A DNA stretch of 64,000 bases from an uncultured Chloroflexia bacterium (lineage in GTDB: Bacteria; Chloroflexota; Chloroflexia; QHBQ01; JADMIH01), in assembly GCA_963797095.1 (NCBI GenBank), contig CAWCNY010000002.1:10063-74062 (forward strand). Reading direction: 5' to 3'. Below, piece by piece: positions 1 to 9,588 of this stretch (position 1 is the first letter of the stretch; each line of letters starts with the position of its first letter). The position numbers and the translations under genes were made by a program. Below the pieces are notes generated by a model. It was given only the letters and a program-made list of their open reading frames with translations, did no database searches and was not told the origin of the DNA.

Positions 1-2956
1 CTCTTACGCAAAGCCATCCACAACACATCGGCGAGATGGACGGCGCGCCGCCCCGTTGTCTGGCTGATCTGTTCCCGGCAACTGAACCCGTCGGTGATGA
101 TCAGGTCGTCGTCTGGGGCTTTGCGCACGGCGGGGAGTAGCACACGCTCGCCCGCCTTGATCGAAACGTCGTAGTGCTCGCCTTCTTCGAAGCCGAACGC
201 CCCGGCCATGCCGCAGCATCCGGAATCGGGCATCTGGAAATCCACCCCCAACTTCTTCAAGATGGAAATCTCATCGTCCATCTTGAGGATAGACTTGTGA
301 TGGCAATGCCCATGCACCACCGCCTTTCGCTTGAGCTTCGGTATCTCGAAGTGCTTGGCATGCTGCTCAAGGAACTCGCTTAACAGGAATGTTTGCTGGC
401 TAAGCCGCTTCGCTCCCATGTGGTGCGGAAAGAGGTTCACAAGCTCATCACGAAAGACCGATACACAGCTAGGCTCCAGCCCAACTACAGGAGTGCCAGC
501 CTCTATTTCCGATCGAAGTTCTTCCAGTACTTGCCTCAGCAAGTGCTTTGCCAGGTTCAGCATCCCCCAATCGTAGAGTGGGCGACCGCAACAGAGCGAT
601 TGTGTTGGCACAACCACCTCGAACCCCGCCGCTTCAAGCACCTCCACAGCCGATTTGGCGGTTGAAGGGAAGAAGTGGTTGTTGAAAGTGTCGGGCCACA
701 GGATCACTCGCCCGTGCTCACCTTTCTTCAGGGAACCACCATCGGATGCGGTCCTGCCCCGGAACCACGCCTTGAAGGTCTGTCGCGCAAAGCGTGGTAC
801 GCGCCGCTTGGGTGCTATGCCGCCCAGCGCCTTGAACGCCGAGCTTATCACCGGCATTTGCGTGACGAAGTTCGCCAGCCAGGGAAAGTGCGATGCCAGC
901 CTGGCCCACCAATAGATCAGGCCCATGCTGTAGGCTGTGCGCGGGCGCAACTTGCCCGCGTAGTAATGCGATAGGAACTCGGCCTTGTAGGTCGCCATAT
1001 CCACGTTCACAGGGCAATCGCCTTTGCAACCCTTGCAGGCCAGGCAAAGGTCAAGCGCGTCCTTGACGGCTTCACTGTGCCAGCCACCTTCGAGAGGATC
1101 GCCTTGCATCATCTCGAAGAGGAGCCGCGCTCGCCCCCTGGTCGAGTGCTTTTCCTCCCTGGTCGCCATGAAACTGGGGCACATCGTTCCCCCGCCGAGC
1201 CTTCGACACTTGCCCACTCCTACGCAGCGTAGGGCGGCGTTGGCGAAACTGCCTTCATCGTCGGGGAACTTGAAATGGGTGGCGGGCTGGGGCGGGTTAT
1301 AGTCGGTGCCGAGGCGCAGGTTCTGGGTTGGTGTGTATGGGTCTACCACCTTGCCCGGGTTCATCTGGCCGTCGGGGTCCCAGATCGCCTTGAACTCACC
1401 GAACCCCTGCACCAATTCCTCCCCGAACATCTTGGGAAGCAGGGCCGCGCGTGATTGTCCATCACCATGCTCGCCGGAAAGGGAGCCGCCATATTTGACC
1501 ACCAGATCGGCGGCATCATCGATGAAGGAGCGGTATTTATCGATGCCTTCGTGCGTCACCAGATCGAAATCTATGCGCACATGCACACACCCCTGCCCGA
1601 AGTGTCCGTACAGGTCGCACAGATAATCGTAACGGTTGAAGAGCTTGCGCAGATCTCGCAAGTATCCACCCAATCTTGCTGGATCTACCGCCGAATCCTC
1701 CCAGCCGGGCCACGTATTTGGCTCGCCTGGTACGTCCGCAGTGGCTCCCAGTCCCGATTCGCGGATCGCCCAGATCAGTTGCTCTTCGTGCGGGTTGTCG
1801 AACAGCTTCATGCTTGGCGCGTTATCTTTGCCCTGCAGGTCGTTCATAAGATCGCGCGCTTTGCCATCCGATTCCTGCTTGCTTTCACCGCCGAACTCCA
1901 CCAGCAGCCAGCCGCCGCCATCTGGCAGCAGTTTGATATTCCGTGGGTGCAGCCCTTTCCTCTTCATGTCGTCTATGAGCCTGTCGTCAAGCCCCTCCAG
2001 GCCCACAGGCTTGTGGCTCATGATCTCCATGACGTGGTCGCCCGCCGTATAGACGTCGGGATAGCCGAGCACCAGCAGCGAGCGCACAGGAGGGCTGTAA
2101 ACAAGCTTGGTAGTGGCTTCCAGTATGGTGACGCATGTGCCCTCAGTGCCTACCAGGGCGCGTGCCACGTGGAAGCCGTTCTCAGGCAGCAATTGATCGA
2201 GATTGTAGCCGGACACACGGCGGGGTATCTTCGGGTAGCGCTCGCGGATCAGGTCGGCGTATTTGTCGCGTAATGCCTTCATGCGCGCGTAGATAGCTGC
2301 GCGCCTTCCGCCCTCGCGGATAAATCGGGCCAACTCCTCGTCGTTAGTCTTGCCGACGCGCAGGCGCAGCCCGTCGTAGGTCAACACCTCTAGCTCTTCG
2401 ATGTTGTCCACCGTCTTCCCCGCCATCACCGAGTGGATGCCGCAAGAGTTGTTGCCGATCATGCCGCCTAGGGTGCAATGGTTGTGCGTGGCGGGGTCTG
2501 GGCCAAAGGTCAGGTGGTGCTTCTCGGCTTCGTTCCTCAATGAATCCAGGATGATGCCGGGCTGGACCCGCGCCATCTTCTTATGTGGATCAAGCTCTAC
2601 AATATTGTTCAAATACTTGGAGAAGTCGATTATGACAGCTACGTTGCAACACTGGCCTGCCAGGCTGGTGCCGCCTCCTCGAGAGAGCACCGGCGCCCCG
2701 TGTTGGCGGCACGCCTCCACAGTCTGTACAACATCCTCGATACTGCGCGGTATGACCACTCCGATGGGCACCTGCCTGTAATTTGAGCCATCGGTGGCAT
2801 ACAGGGCGCGACTGCCGGCATCGAACCGCACTTCCCCTGTGATCTTGCTCTGCAATTCATCTGCGAGCGCCTGCGCATCCAGGTCGGGGGGAGCGCCTCT
2901 CTTCTTGTGGGTATCTATGTTTTGTTGCATTGTCGAAGGGTAGGTCGCAATAGCCA
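1..2956 (-). CDS. FAD-binding oxidase fused to a (Fe-S)-binding CCG domain (GlcD/GlcF-like D-2-hydroxyacid dehydrogenase family); C-terminal end runs off the window start
   Basis: My own translation of the minus strand from ATG at 2956 (RBS GGAGGAGAC upstream) is uninterrupted to position 1. N-terminal FAD-binding PCMH domain motifs (GGGTSLAGQ). C-terminal Cys-rich CCG motifs (CxxCxxCxxxCP, two copies). Not in the ORF track because the stop lies outside the window. Confidence 0.8.
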
Positions 2957-3045
2957 TTTTGTCTCCTCCAGGGAATTGCGACGCTCAAGTAGCGCAAAAT
3001 GCGCTGCTTCCAAAAGGCGTTTCGCAATTCCAGATGCGAATTATT

Positions 3046-4161
3046 TCAGGTCAGGGCGTAGCGCTCGGCATCCCGGCGCTTGAACTCTAGCCCCATGCCA
3101 GGCCGCGAAAGATTGGGGTGGAGCGCCCCATCTATGGGGATCAATGCTCCATCAAACAGCATGTGCTCTATACGCACATGATCATGGAAGTATTCGAGAT
3201 GGCGCACCCCGCCAAGGGCACAGGCCGGGTGTACATGCAGCGAAGGGGCACAATGCCCCGATAGGGGTATGAAGTTGGCCTCGCAAAGCGCGCCAACCTT
3301 CATGAAGCCTGTCACCCCGGCGCATCTTGAGGCGTCGGCTTGCTGTACGTCCACAGCCCCAGCCTGCATCATGCGCCGGAAATAATCGAGGTCATAGCCG
3401 TACTCGCCTGCCGCCACATCCATGAGGGCGGGCGCGCGGTCTCGCAACAGTCGCAACCCTTCAAAGTCGTGGTGGTAAACCGGTTCCTCGAACCAGTTGA
3501 CGCCAAGCTCGGCGAACGCATCGGCAAAATAGAGAGCTTGCTTGCGGCTGTACGCGCCGTTGGCGTCAACAAAGAGCTTCGCATCAGGCCCGATAGCGTC
3601 CCTGGCCGCTTTCACCCTTGCCAGGTCGTCTTCGGGGTGCGTGCCGATCTTCATCTTGACACGCGGTATGCCTTGCTGGACCCAGCCCCCGAGTTGCGAC
3701 TGCAATTGCTTGATCGAATAAGAGGTGAATCCGCCACTGCCGTACACAGCCACGCCCTCTCGCGATGCCCCCAGGAGCGTTACCAGGGGCAAACCAAGCA
3801 GTCTGGCCTTCAGGTCCCACAGTGCCACATCCACGGCGGCGATAGCCATCGAGGCGATCCCTGGTAGGCCCAGGTTGCGTACCGAGTGCACCATCGCGTG
3901 CCACGCGCCCGGCACAGCCATTGCGTCCATGCCCTGCACCACGCCGGATAGGGTATGCTCGATTAACTTGGCGGCGGCAACATCGGCGTACGTATAGCCG
4001 AGACCGTTTCCGCCCCCTGCGCTTATCTCCACCAGCACGAGCGTGGTGCTGTCCCACTCGTATGTGCCATCGGCCTCCGGATAGTCGGTCGGTATTGTGT
4101 ATGCCGATACATCTACTTGAGTGATCGGAATTTCTATTTTGTGACTTCTGATCTTCATCAT
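3046..4161 (-). CDS. Enolase-superfamily enzyme, mandelate racemase/muconate lactonizing enzyme family (acid-sugar dehydratase-like)
   Basis: 371 aa ORF with MR/MLE-family architecture (capping domain plus barrel with KxK and metal-binding D/E/D pattern). Start is a double ATG at 4161. Confidence 0.8.
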   Translation of the reverse strand: MMKIRSHKIEIPITQVDVSAYTIPTDYPEADGTYEWDSTTLVLVEISAGGGNGLGYTYADVAAAKLIEHTLSGVVQGMDAMAVPGAWHAMVHSVRNLGLPGIASMAIAAVDVALWDLKARLLGLPLVTLLGASREGVAVYGSGGFTSYSIKQLQSQLGGWVQQGIPRVKMKIGTHPEDDLARVKAARDAIGPDAKLFVDANGAYSRKQALYFADAFAELGVNWFEEPVYHHDFEGLRLLRDRAPALMDVAAGEYGYDLDYFRRMMQAGAVDVQQADASRCAGVTGFMKVGALCEANFIPLSGHCAPSLHVHPACALGGVRHLEYFHDHVRIEHMLFDGALIPIDGALHPNLSRPGMGLEFKRRDAERYALT

Positions 4162-4241
4162 CCATGTCGTCTCTTTTGTTCTCTTCTAACGATTCTCAGG
4201 ATCCATGTCGTCTCTTTTGTTCTCTTCTAACGATTCTCAGG
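4160..4241. repeat. Perfect 41-bp tandem duplication (2 copies) overlapping the start codon/RBS region of the enolase-family gene
   Basis: atccatgtcgtctcttttgttctcttctaacgattctcagg occurs twice head-to-tail (4160-4200 and 4201-4241). Confidence 0.9.
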
Positions 4242-4709
4242 CGGGCGAAACGACACCATATGCACCGCTTCCGCAAACCTGGCGACTCGTTCATCAAGCG
4301 TGCCTTTGCCTTCGAAGCCGTATAGCTTGAGGGCTATCTTTATCTCCTGCGGGTGCTCGCGCTTGAACTCCATCAGCACTTTGAGGTTCTCGTCCTGTGT
4401 GAGAAAGTGCTGCACCGGTCTGTATCGCTGTGTTCCCGTCTGCACTCGCAAGGCTGGACTTGCCTCGATATTGCGGTACCAATCGGTAGTTGTGCCCCAA
4501 CCTGAGGCAACGAAGCTCTCACGCCGGGCCGGGTCGTACACCACCACTTCCAGTACGGCCTGCCTCACTTTCCCCGATTTGCGGCCCCTGTGCGTTAACA
4601 GCATGAAGCGGTGTCCAAGCAACCACCCCAGTTTTAGCTTATAGAGATAGATCGGTAACCGCAGCAAGGTCCGCACCAGCCCATGAGGCCGTGAGAGTGT
4701 AATAGACAT
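4227..4709 (-). CDS. Deazaflavin(F420)-dependent nitroreductase-family protein (DUF385/Ddn-like split-barrel)
   Basis: 160 aa with the family-typical N-terminal motif LLLTHRGRKSGK and split-barrel length. Confidence 0.6.
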   Translation of the reverse strand: MSITLSRPHGLVRTLLRLPIYLYKLKLGWLLGHRFMLLTHRGRKSGKVRQAVLEVVVYDPARRESFVASGWGTTTDWYRNIEASPALRVQTGTQRYRPVQHFLTQDENLKVLMEFKREHPQEIKIALKLYGFEGKGTLDERVARFAEAVHMVSFRPPENR

Positions 4710-4816
4710 ACTTTGCTACTCCAACAAACGTGATACGGGATGGCGAGTGACGAGTGACGAGTAAGTACGCAGGATGCAATAATCACTCGTCACTCGTCAC
4801 TCGTCACTCGTCACCC

Positions 4817-6571
4817 CTAGACCACCTCGCGCACTTTATCTTCCACAAGGGTCTTTATTATCTCCATGCGGTAGCGCTCGCCTTTGAGCATGGCCTGGGC
4901 GAAGTGTAGGGCCTGCCGGGTCGTGATCTTGCCTGGCAGTGGCGGCTCCTGCGGGTCAACGAGGGCCTCAATCACTACCGGGCCGGGTTCCGAAAACGCC
5001 TTTCGCAGCACAGAGCCTGCTTCCTCCGGCTCCTGGATCGAATAACCATTCGCCCCGCACGCCTGCGCGATGGCCGCGAAATCTATCGGTTGCAGATCGA
5101 CCCCGAACTCCGGGTTGGCTTCCATCACCATCTGCTCCCACTTGATCATGCCGAGCGTGTTGTTCTTGATCACCACCAGTTTCACCGGCAGCTTGTACTT
5201 GACGAGGGTGGCGATTTCGGCCATCAGCATGCTGAGACCGCCATCCCCTGCTAAACATACGACTTGCCTGCCGGGGTTGGCTACAGCCGCCCCTATCGCG
5301 TAGGGGAGACCATTTGCCATAGTCGCCAGCGTGCCCGATGCCGAGAACATCATATCGCCCCTCACATCCAGGTAGCGCGCCGCCCAGGTGGTGACAGTGC
5401 CGGTGTCGGTGACAAGAATAGCGTCGTTTGCCAGCAGTTTGTTCACCTGGTAGGCGACCACTTGCGGTTTCATCGGGCTGTCCGTGCGCGTCCCACGCTC
5501 TTCCAGCATGTTGCGCCACTCCTTCATGGCGTCCTGGGCTTTCTTAAGGTAGCTTCGATCCTCTTTCTTTTCCAGCAGCGGAATAAGCGCCGCCAGTACA
5601 CGCTTGCAATCGCCGACCAATCCAACATCGGCGGGCGTGCGCAGACCGATGCGCGATGGGTCGATATCAATTTGCACCGTCTTCGCCTTGCCCGGCTCGG
5701 GGTAGAACTCCAGGTAAGGGAAGCTACTGCCCACGACGATCAGAGTATCACAATCCTTCATAGCCTCCATCGAGGCGCTGGTTCCCAGCAGGCCAATGCC
5801 ACCGGTAGTGTAAGGGCTATCGTCGGTCACCACCGCCTTGCCGAGCAAGGCTTTGGCGATTGGCGCGCCAACGATCTCAGCCACCCTCAGCACCTCGTCA
5901 CGAGCGTCTATGCACCCGCGCCCCACCAGGATTGCCACCTTGCTGCCCTTATTGATTATTCCGGCGGCCTGCCTGAGCAACTCTTCAGATGGCACTGTTG
6001 TGGGGACGGCGTACAGGTCCGCGCTATGTTCGGCTATATTAGCTGTCGAGCGCGTGTCGTCGGATGGCGTCCAATCCTGGATGTCTTTCGGTATATTAAT
6101 GTGGGCCACCGTGCGCTTTGAGAGCGCGGTCTTCATGGCCTCGTCCACAACAGAGGTGACATGGTCCGGCCCCATGACGCGTTCGCTGTAGGCTGCTACA
6201 TCCGAGAAGAGCCGGGCGAGATCCACGTCCTGCTGGTAGTGCGTGCCCATCAGATCATGGTAAGTATTGCCTGTGATGGCGAGCACAGGCTGACCGTCCA
6301 TCTTGGCGTCGTACAGTCCATTCAGCAAGTGGATGCCGCCCGGCCCCGATGTCGCCAGGCATACACCCATTCGCCCTGAATACTTGGCATAGCCGCAGGC
6401 GGCGAAGGCTGCCCCTTCCTCGTGCCTTACCTGGATGAACTTGATCTTGTCTTGCCGGTTGCGAAGGGCCTCGAAAATACCGTTGATGCCGTCACCGGGC
6501 AGTCCGAAAATAGTGTCGACGCCCCATTCTATTAAGCGCTCAACGAGTATGTCGGCGGACGTCTTTGCCAT
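4817..6571 (-). CDS. poxB: Thiamine-pyrophosphate-dependent pyruvate oxidase / pyruvate dehydrogenase (quinone), PoxB-like
   Basis: 584 aa with TPP_enzyme N/M/C domains, a GDG...N TPP-binding motif (LAGDGGLSM) and a C-terminal amphipathic tail typical of PoxB. Confidence 0.75.
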   Translation of the reverse strand: MAKTSADILVERLIEWGVDTIFGLPGDGINGIFEALRNRQDKIKFIQVRHEEGAAFAACGYAKYSGRMGVCLATSGPGGIHLLNGLYDAKMDGQPVLAITGNTYHDLMGTHYQQDVDLARLFSDVAAYSERVMGPDHVTSVVDEAMKTALSKRTVAHINIPKDIQDWTPSDDTRSTANIAEHSADLYAVPTTVPSEELLRQAAGIINKGSKVAILVGRGCIDARDEVLRVAEIVGAPIAKALLGKAVVTDDSPYTTGGIGLLGTSASMEAMKDCDTLIVVGSSFPYLEFYPEPGKAKTVQIDIDPSRIGLRTPADVGLVGDCKRVLAALIPLLEKKEDRSYLKKAQDAMKEWRNMLEERGTRTDSPMKPQVVAYQVNKLLANDAILVTDTGTVTTWAARYLDVRGDMMFSASGTLATMANGLPYAIGAAVANPGRQVVCLAGDGGLSMLMAEIATLVKYKLPVKLVVIKNNTLGMIKWEQMVMEANPEFGVDLQPIDFAAIAQACGANGYSIQEPEEAGSVLRKAFSEPGPVVIEALVDPQEPPLPGKITTRQALHFAQAMLKGERYRMEIIKTLVEDKVREVV

Positions 6572-6658
6572 TATACTTCTCCTTTATGACCTCAGGCTCG
6601 ACGGAAATGTTAATACAACTTCTATGGAGCTGGAAACAAAAGTTGTGCCTGTTATTGC

Positions 6659-7042
6659 CTAATCGTCGCTTGAATAGGCAATGGTGCTCAACAGGGCGTT
6701 CTCGGCCTGGCGCGAGTCGAGCCTGGTGTGCTGCACCACAACCGGTACGTCCGATTCAATACTACTTGCATAATTCGTGCCGACAGGTATTGGCTCGGGG
6801 TCGTTCAGATTGTTGAATCGAAAATGCCCTGTACGTCTCGCGGGTACAGTCACCTTATATGGTCCCGCCGGTTCGCGGTCGCTGTAGAAAATGGTTACTT
6901 CAATATGAGCGTCTTGCTCCCCCGCATTCAAGATGCAGAACGCTTCATGGCTTACCATCTCCGGGGAAGGTCCATTGCTCCACCCAGGGATATAGCCCTC
7001 CGCGATGGCCCAACGTTTGCGGCCTATCGGTGGTCCAGTCAT
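6659..7042 (-). CDS. Sensory rhodopsin transducer (ASRT)-like protein
   Basis: Strong similarity to the Anabaena ASRT core (WAIAEGYIP...HEAxCxLNAGxxDAxxExTIxxSDxEPxGPYxVTVPARRT...FNxLxDPEPIPxxTxYASxIxSDVPxVVQHTRLDSRQAENALxSTIAY). The ATG at 7042 with RBS GAGGTG gives about 127 aa. The track ORF extends upstream to 7129. Confidence 0.7.
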   Translation of the reverse strand: MTGPPIGRKRWAIAEGYIPGWSNGPSPEMVSHEAFCILNAGEQDAHIEVTIFYSDREPAGPYKVTVPARRTGHFRFNNLNDPEPIPVGTNYASSIESDVPVVVQHTRLDSRQAENALLSTIAYSSDD

Positions 7043-7242
7043 ATTCAGTTCACCTCTTCTAATTAGGGGTTGTTCCTGGTACATGGCAGGTCCAGCAAAA
7101 ACCGTGCCCCCGAAGAGGGGACATACCAAAATTACGCTGCGAATCCTGTAGATCTACAGCGATTACCGGGAGATAGCTTGTCGCCGTGGGGACGAACAAT
7201 AACGCAGAGGCAATAGTAGCGCCTCATATTGGGAGTGAACGA

Positions 7243-8115
7243 CTAAGCGCTTGGAATCACTCCAAGAATCGTGTCCCGGACAACAGGCCACTCTTTCGAT
7301 ATCGGGTCTATGACCTCGAAATGTCCCGTGCCCTTCAGTGTGACCAACTCCGCATCGTCGCCGAGCGCCCTGGCACGCTCCACGAAAAGCTTGCTGATCT
7401 CGTAGGGCACATTGGGATCGTTTGTGCCGTGTACCAGTCTCTGCTTCACTCCGATGGGCAATAAGTCTCCAGGCGATGCGGTTTCATATCGCTCAGACAC
7501 CTCTTCAGGCGATCCCCCCATCAGGTCAACCACCACCCCCTGGCTCAGCTTCATCCGCCAGCAGAGCCGCAGGTCAACCACACCTGCCAGCGGCACGCAC
7601 GCCTCCACTGGCAGCGGGTCGGCCATACAGAGTGGGTCTCCCTCAGGGATCTTGTGCCTGCCCGCCAGCCACGCAGCCAGGTGCCCGCCAGCCGAGTGCC
7701 CCGTCACTACCACACGCCCCAGGTCCAGGTTGTGCTCCCCCGCAATTTCGCGCAGGTAGTCGCAAGCCATACCCACATCCAGCATAGTATTGGGCCAGCC
7801 GCCCCCTTCGTCACCCAGTCGCCTGTATTCAATGCTCCAGGTAGCCACACCGCTGGATGTGAGCGCCGCGCACAGATATCCAATATGGTCCAGGTTGTAC
7901 TTCGCCCGCCAGAAGCCCCCATGTATCACAATCACGATGGGGAACGGACCCTTTGCATCTCCCTTGGGCAAACGCAAATCGCCGAACTGCAAAGGGTCCT
8001 CACCGTAGCTGATACGGAAATCGGCTTCCGGTGGCATTACCGAAAACAACCGCTCGGCCATCGCATTCAATTGCGTGGCCTTGAATAATCTACTGAACCC
8101 CGAAAAAAAGCCCAT
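7243..8115 (-). CDS. Alpha/beta-hydrolase fold esterase (carboxylesterase/arylformamidase-like)
   Basis: HGGFW oxyanion motif and GHSAGG nucleophile elbow. Confidence 0.7.
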   Translation of the reverse strand: MGFFSGFSRLFKATQLNAMAERLFSVMPPEADFRISYGEDPLQFGDLRLPKGDAKGPFPIVIVIHGGFWRAKYNLDHIGYLCAALTSSGVATWSIEYRRLGDEGGGWPNTMLDVGMACDYLREIAGEHNLDLGRVVVTGHSAGGHLAAWLAGRHKIPEGDPLCMADPLPVEACVPLAGVVDLRLCWRMKLSQGVVVDLMGGSPEEVSERYETASPGDLLPIGVKQRLVHGTNDPNVPYEISKLFVERARALGDDAELVTLKGTGHFEVIDPISKEWPVVRDTILGVIPSA

Positions 8116-8211
8116 AGTCTGCTCCTGGTAGCCAGTAGTCGGTAGTTAGCGGGCGGCAGACCGCGCGTAGTTCCCGGTTCTTGGTTTCTAGTTGCTGATT
8201 TTGACTACCGA

Positions 8212-9588
8212 TTACCAATCAACGTCGTCTCGAACAAGCGGCATAGTCATACACCTCGGCCCACCCCTGGCCCTTGACAGTTCAAGGCCGCTGATCTTGA
8301 TAGCGTATTTTCTCTCTGGGTGCGATCTGATCTCCTCGATCAATGGCTGGTTTGTCACCCAATCCCTTTCGCTCCCTGCCTCTACCTGCCAGCGTACGAT
8401 ATCCCCCTCCTGCACAATCCTGTATCCTGCTGCCTCAAGCGCCTTGTAAGTCTGTTCATTGCGTTCGTAGCCTATAATTAGCCCTGGCCTCAGGCAAAAG
8501 GCGTTGGCCCCGTCGGTCCATTGCTCGCGCTCCTGGTATAGCCTGCTGTTCCCTCCGCAAAAGATCGGGTTGAGCGGCCTTCCCAAGTCCTCTTCCAGGC
8601 ACGCCACCAGCGATTTCCGAACAGGGGCAAGATGGGTTGTGCCATCCGGCTTGATGCTGATTCGCACGATGCCCACCTGCTCGCCGCCGCCAGGCATGAT
8701 CAACGGCGGGTAGACCAGCATATCGTCTTGCGACAACATAGTGAAGATCGTATCAAGGTGCATGGTCGAGCGCTGTTTGGGCATGATCACAGCGTAGACT
8801 GTCTTTACTTGTCCGCCTTTCGCCAGGCCCTTTGCTAACTGGTCCACCGCCTCCGGGCTGGTCCGCTCCGAGATCCCCACAAGCACCAGATCGGGCCTTA
8901 TTACCAGCACATCCCCGCCCTCGATAGTAGCCCTCTCATCCTCAGGCAGTGGGCTTGACAGGTTATATGGCGAGAGCTTATCGAACCACATAGGTGGTCG
9001 CGACCCGTTCTCCCCACCGGCTTTTGCATGCACCCTATACAGATAGCGCACCAGCAGCGCCTCACGCTGCCTTGCCGGGAACGCCATGTTCCCCACCAGC
9101 AGGCCATCATTCACCACCGCGCATGGGTCGCGCATAAACATCAGGTTCGGGATCGGCGGCAACTGATAGGGCATCTCCGACAGGTAAGAGGTCAAATCAG
9201 ATCGCCTGCCTGGGTCCATTTTCCCCTCGATAAACCAGTGTGCCAGCTTGTACGGCTCGGCATCCCGCAACTCTCGCCACAGGTTGTCGCGCTGCGTATC
9301 GGTCCCGCCTTGCAGCTTGCACACGCTCTCAACCATTGCCTGCCGCGCGCCGTCGTCCTCCAGCACCTCCCGCAACATCTCCGCCGAATCGAGCACATCC
9401 TCAGGCGGCACGATCACCGAAATGATACGCTTGAAAGCTTCGTGCTCGTGCTTCGCCAGGTCCACATACAGGATGTCGTCGAATAAGAGATCGTGACGTA
9501 GCGCGGGCGTCATGCGCCTGATCTCCTGGCCCGGCGTGTGGACCACAACCCTTTTGAGCTTACCGATCTCTGAGGTAACGTTCAGCAT
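8212..9588 (-). CDS. arcA: Arginine deiminase (amidinotransferase superfamily) with canonical catalytic residues
   Basis: N-terminal SEIGKLKRVVVHTPGQE, FMRD and MHLDT motifs and a C-terminal GGPRCMTMPLVRD catalytic Cys motif. Start taken as ATG at 9588, overlapping the upstream stop (TAATG). Confidence 0.75.
   Translation of the reverse strand: MLNVTSEIGKLKRVVVHTPGQEIRRMTPALRHDLLFDDILYVDLAKHEHEAFKRIISVIVPPEDVLDSAEMLREVLEDDGARQAMVESVCKLQGGTDTQRDNLWRELRDAEPYKLAHWFIEGKMDPGRRSDLTSYLSEMPYQLPPIPNLMFMRDPCAVVNDGLLVGNMAFPARQREALLVRYLYRVHAKAGGENGSRPPMWFDKLSPYNLSSPLPEDERATIEGGDVLVIRPDLVLVGISERTSPEAVDQLAKGLAKGGQVKTVYAVIMPKQRSTMHLDTIFTMLSQDDMLVYPPLIMPGGGEQVGIVRISIKPDGTTHLAPVRKSLVACLEEDLGRPLNPIFCGGNSRLYQEREQWTDGANAFCLRPGLIIGYERNEQTYKALEAAGYRIVQEGDIVRWQVEAGSERDWVTNQPLIEEIRSHPERKYAIKISGLELSRARGGPRCMTMPLVRDDVDW

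Noticed and set aside
1455-2273. 272-aa plus-strand ORF (and 1636-2052, 2401-2781)
   Set aside because: They lie inside, and antisense to, the continuous FAD/Fe-S oxidase reading frame on the minus strand, which has clear domain motifs.
3584-4165. 193-aa minus-strand ORF (MDDEDQKS...) overlapping the enolase-family gene
   Set aside because: It is an alternative frame inside a well-supported CDS, Arg/Gly-rich shadow translation.
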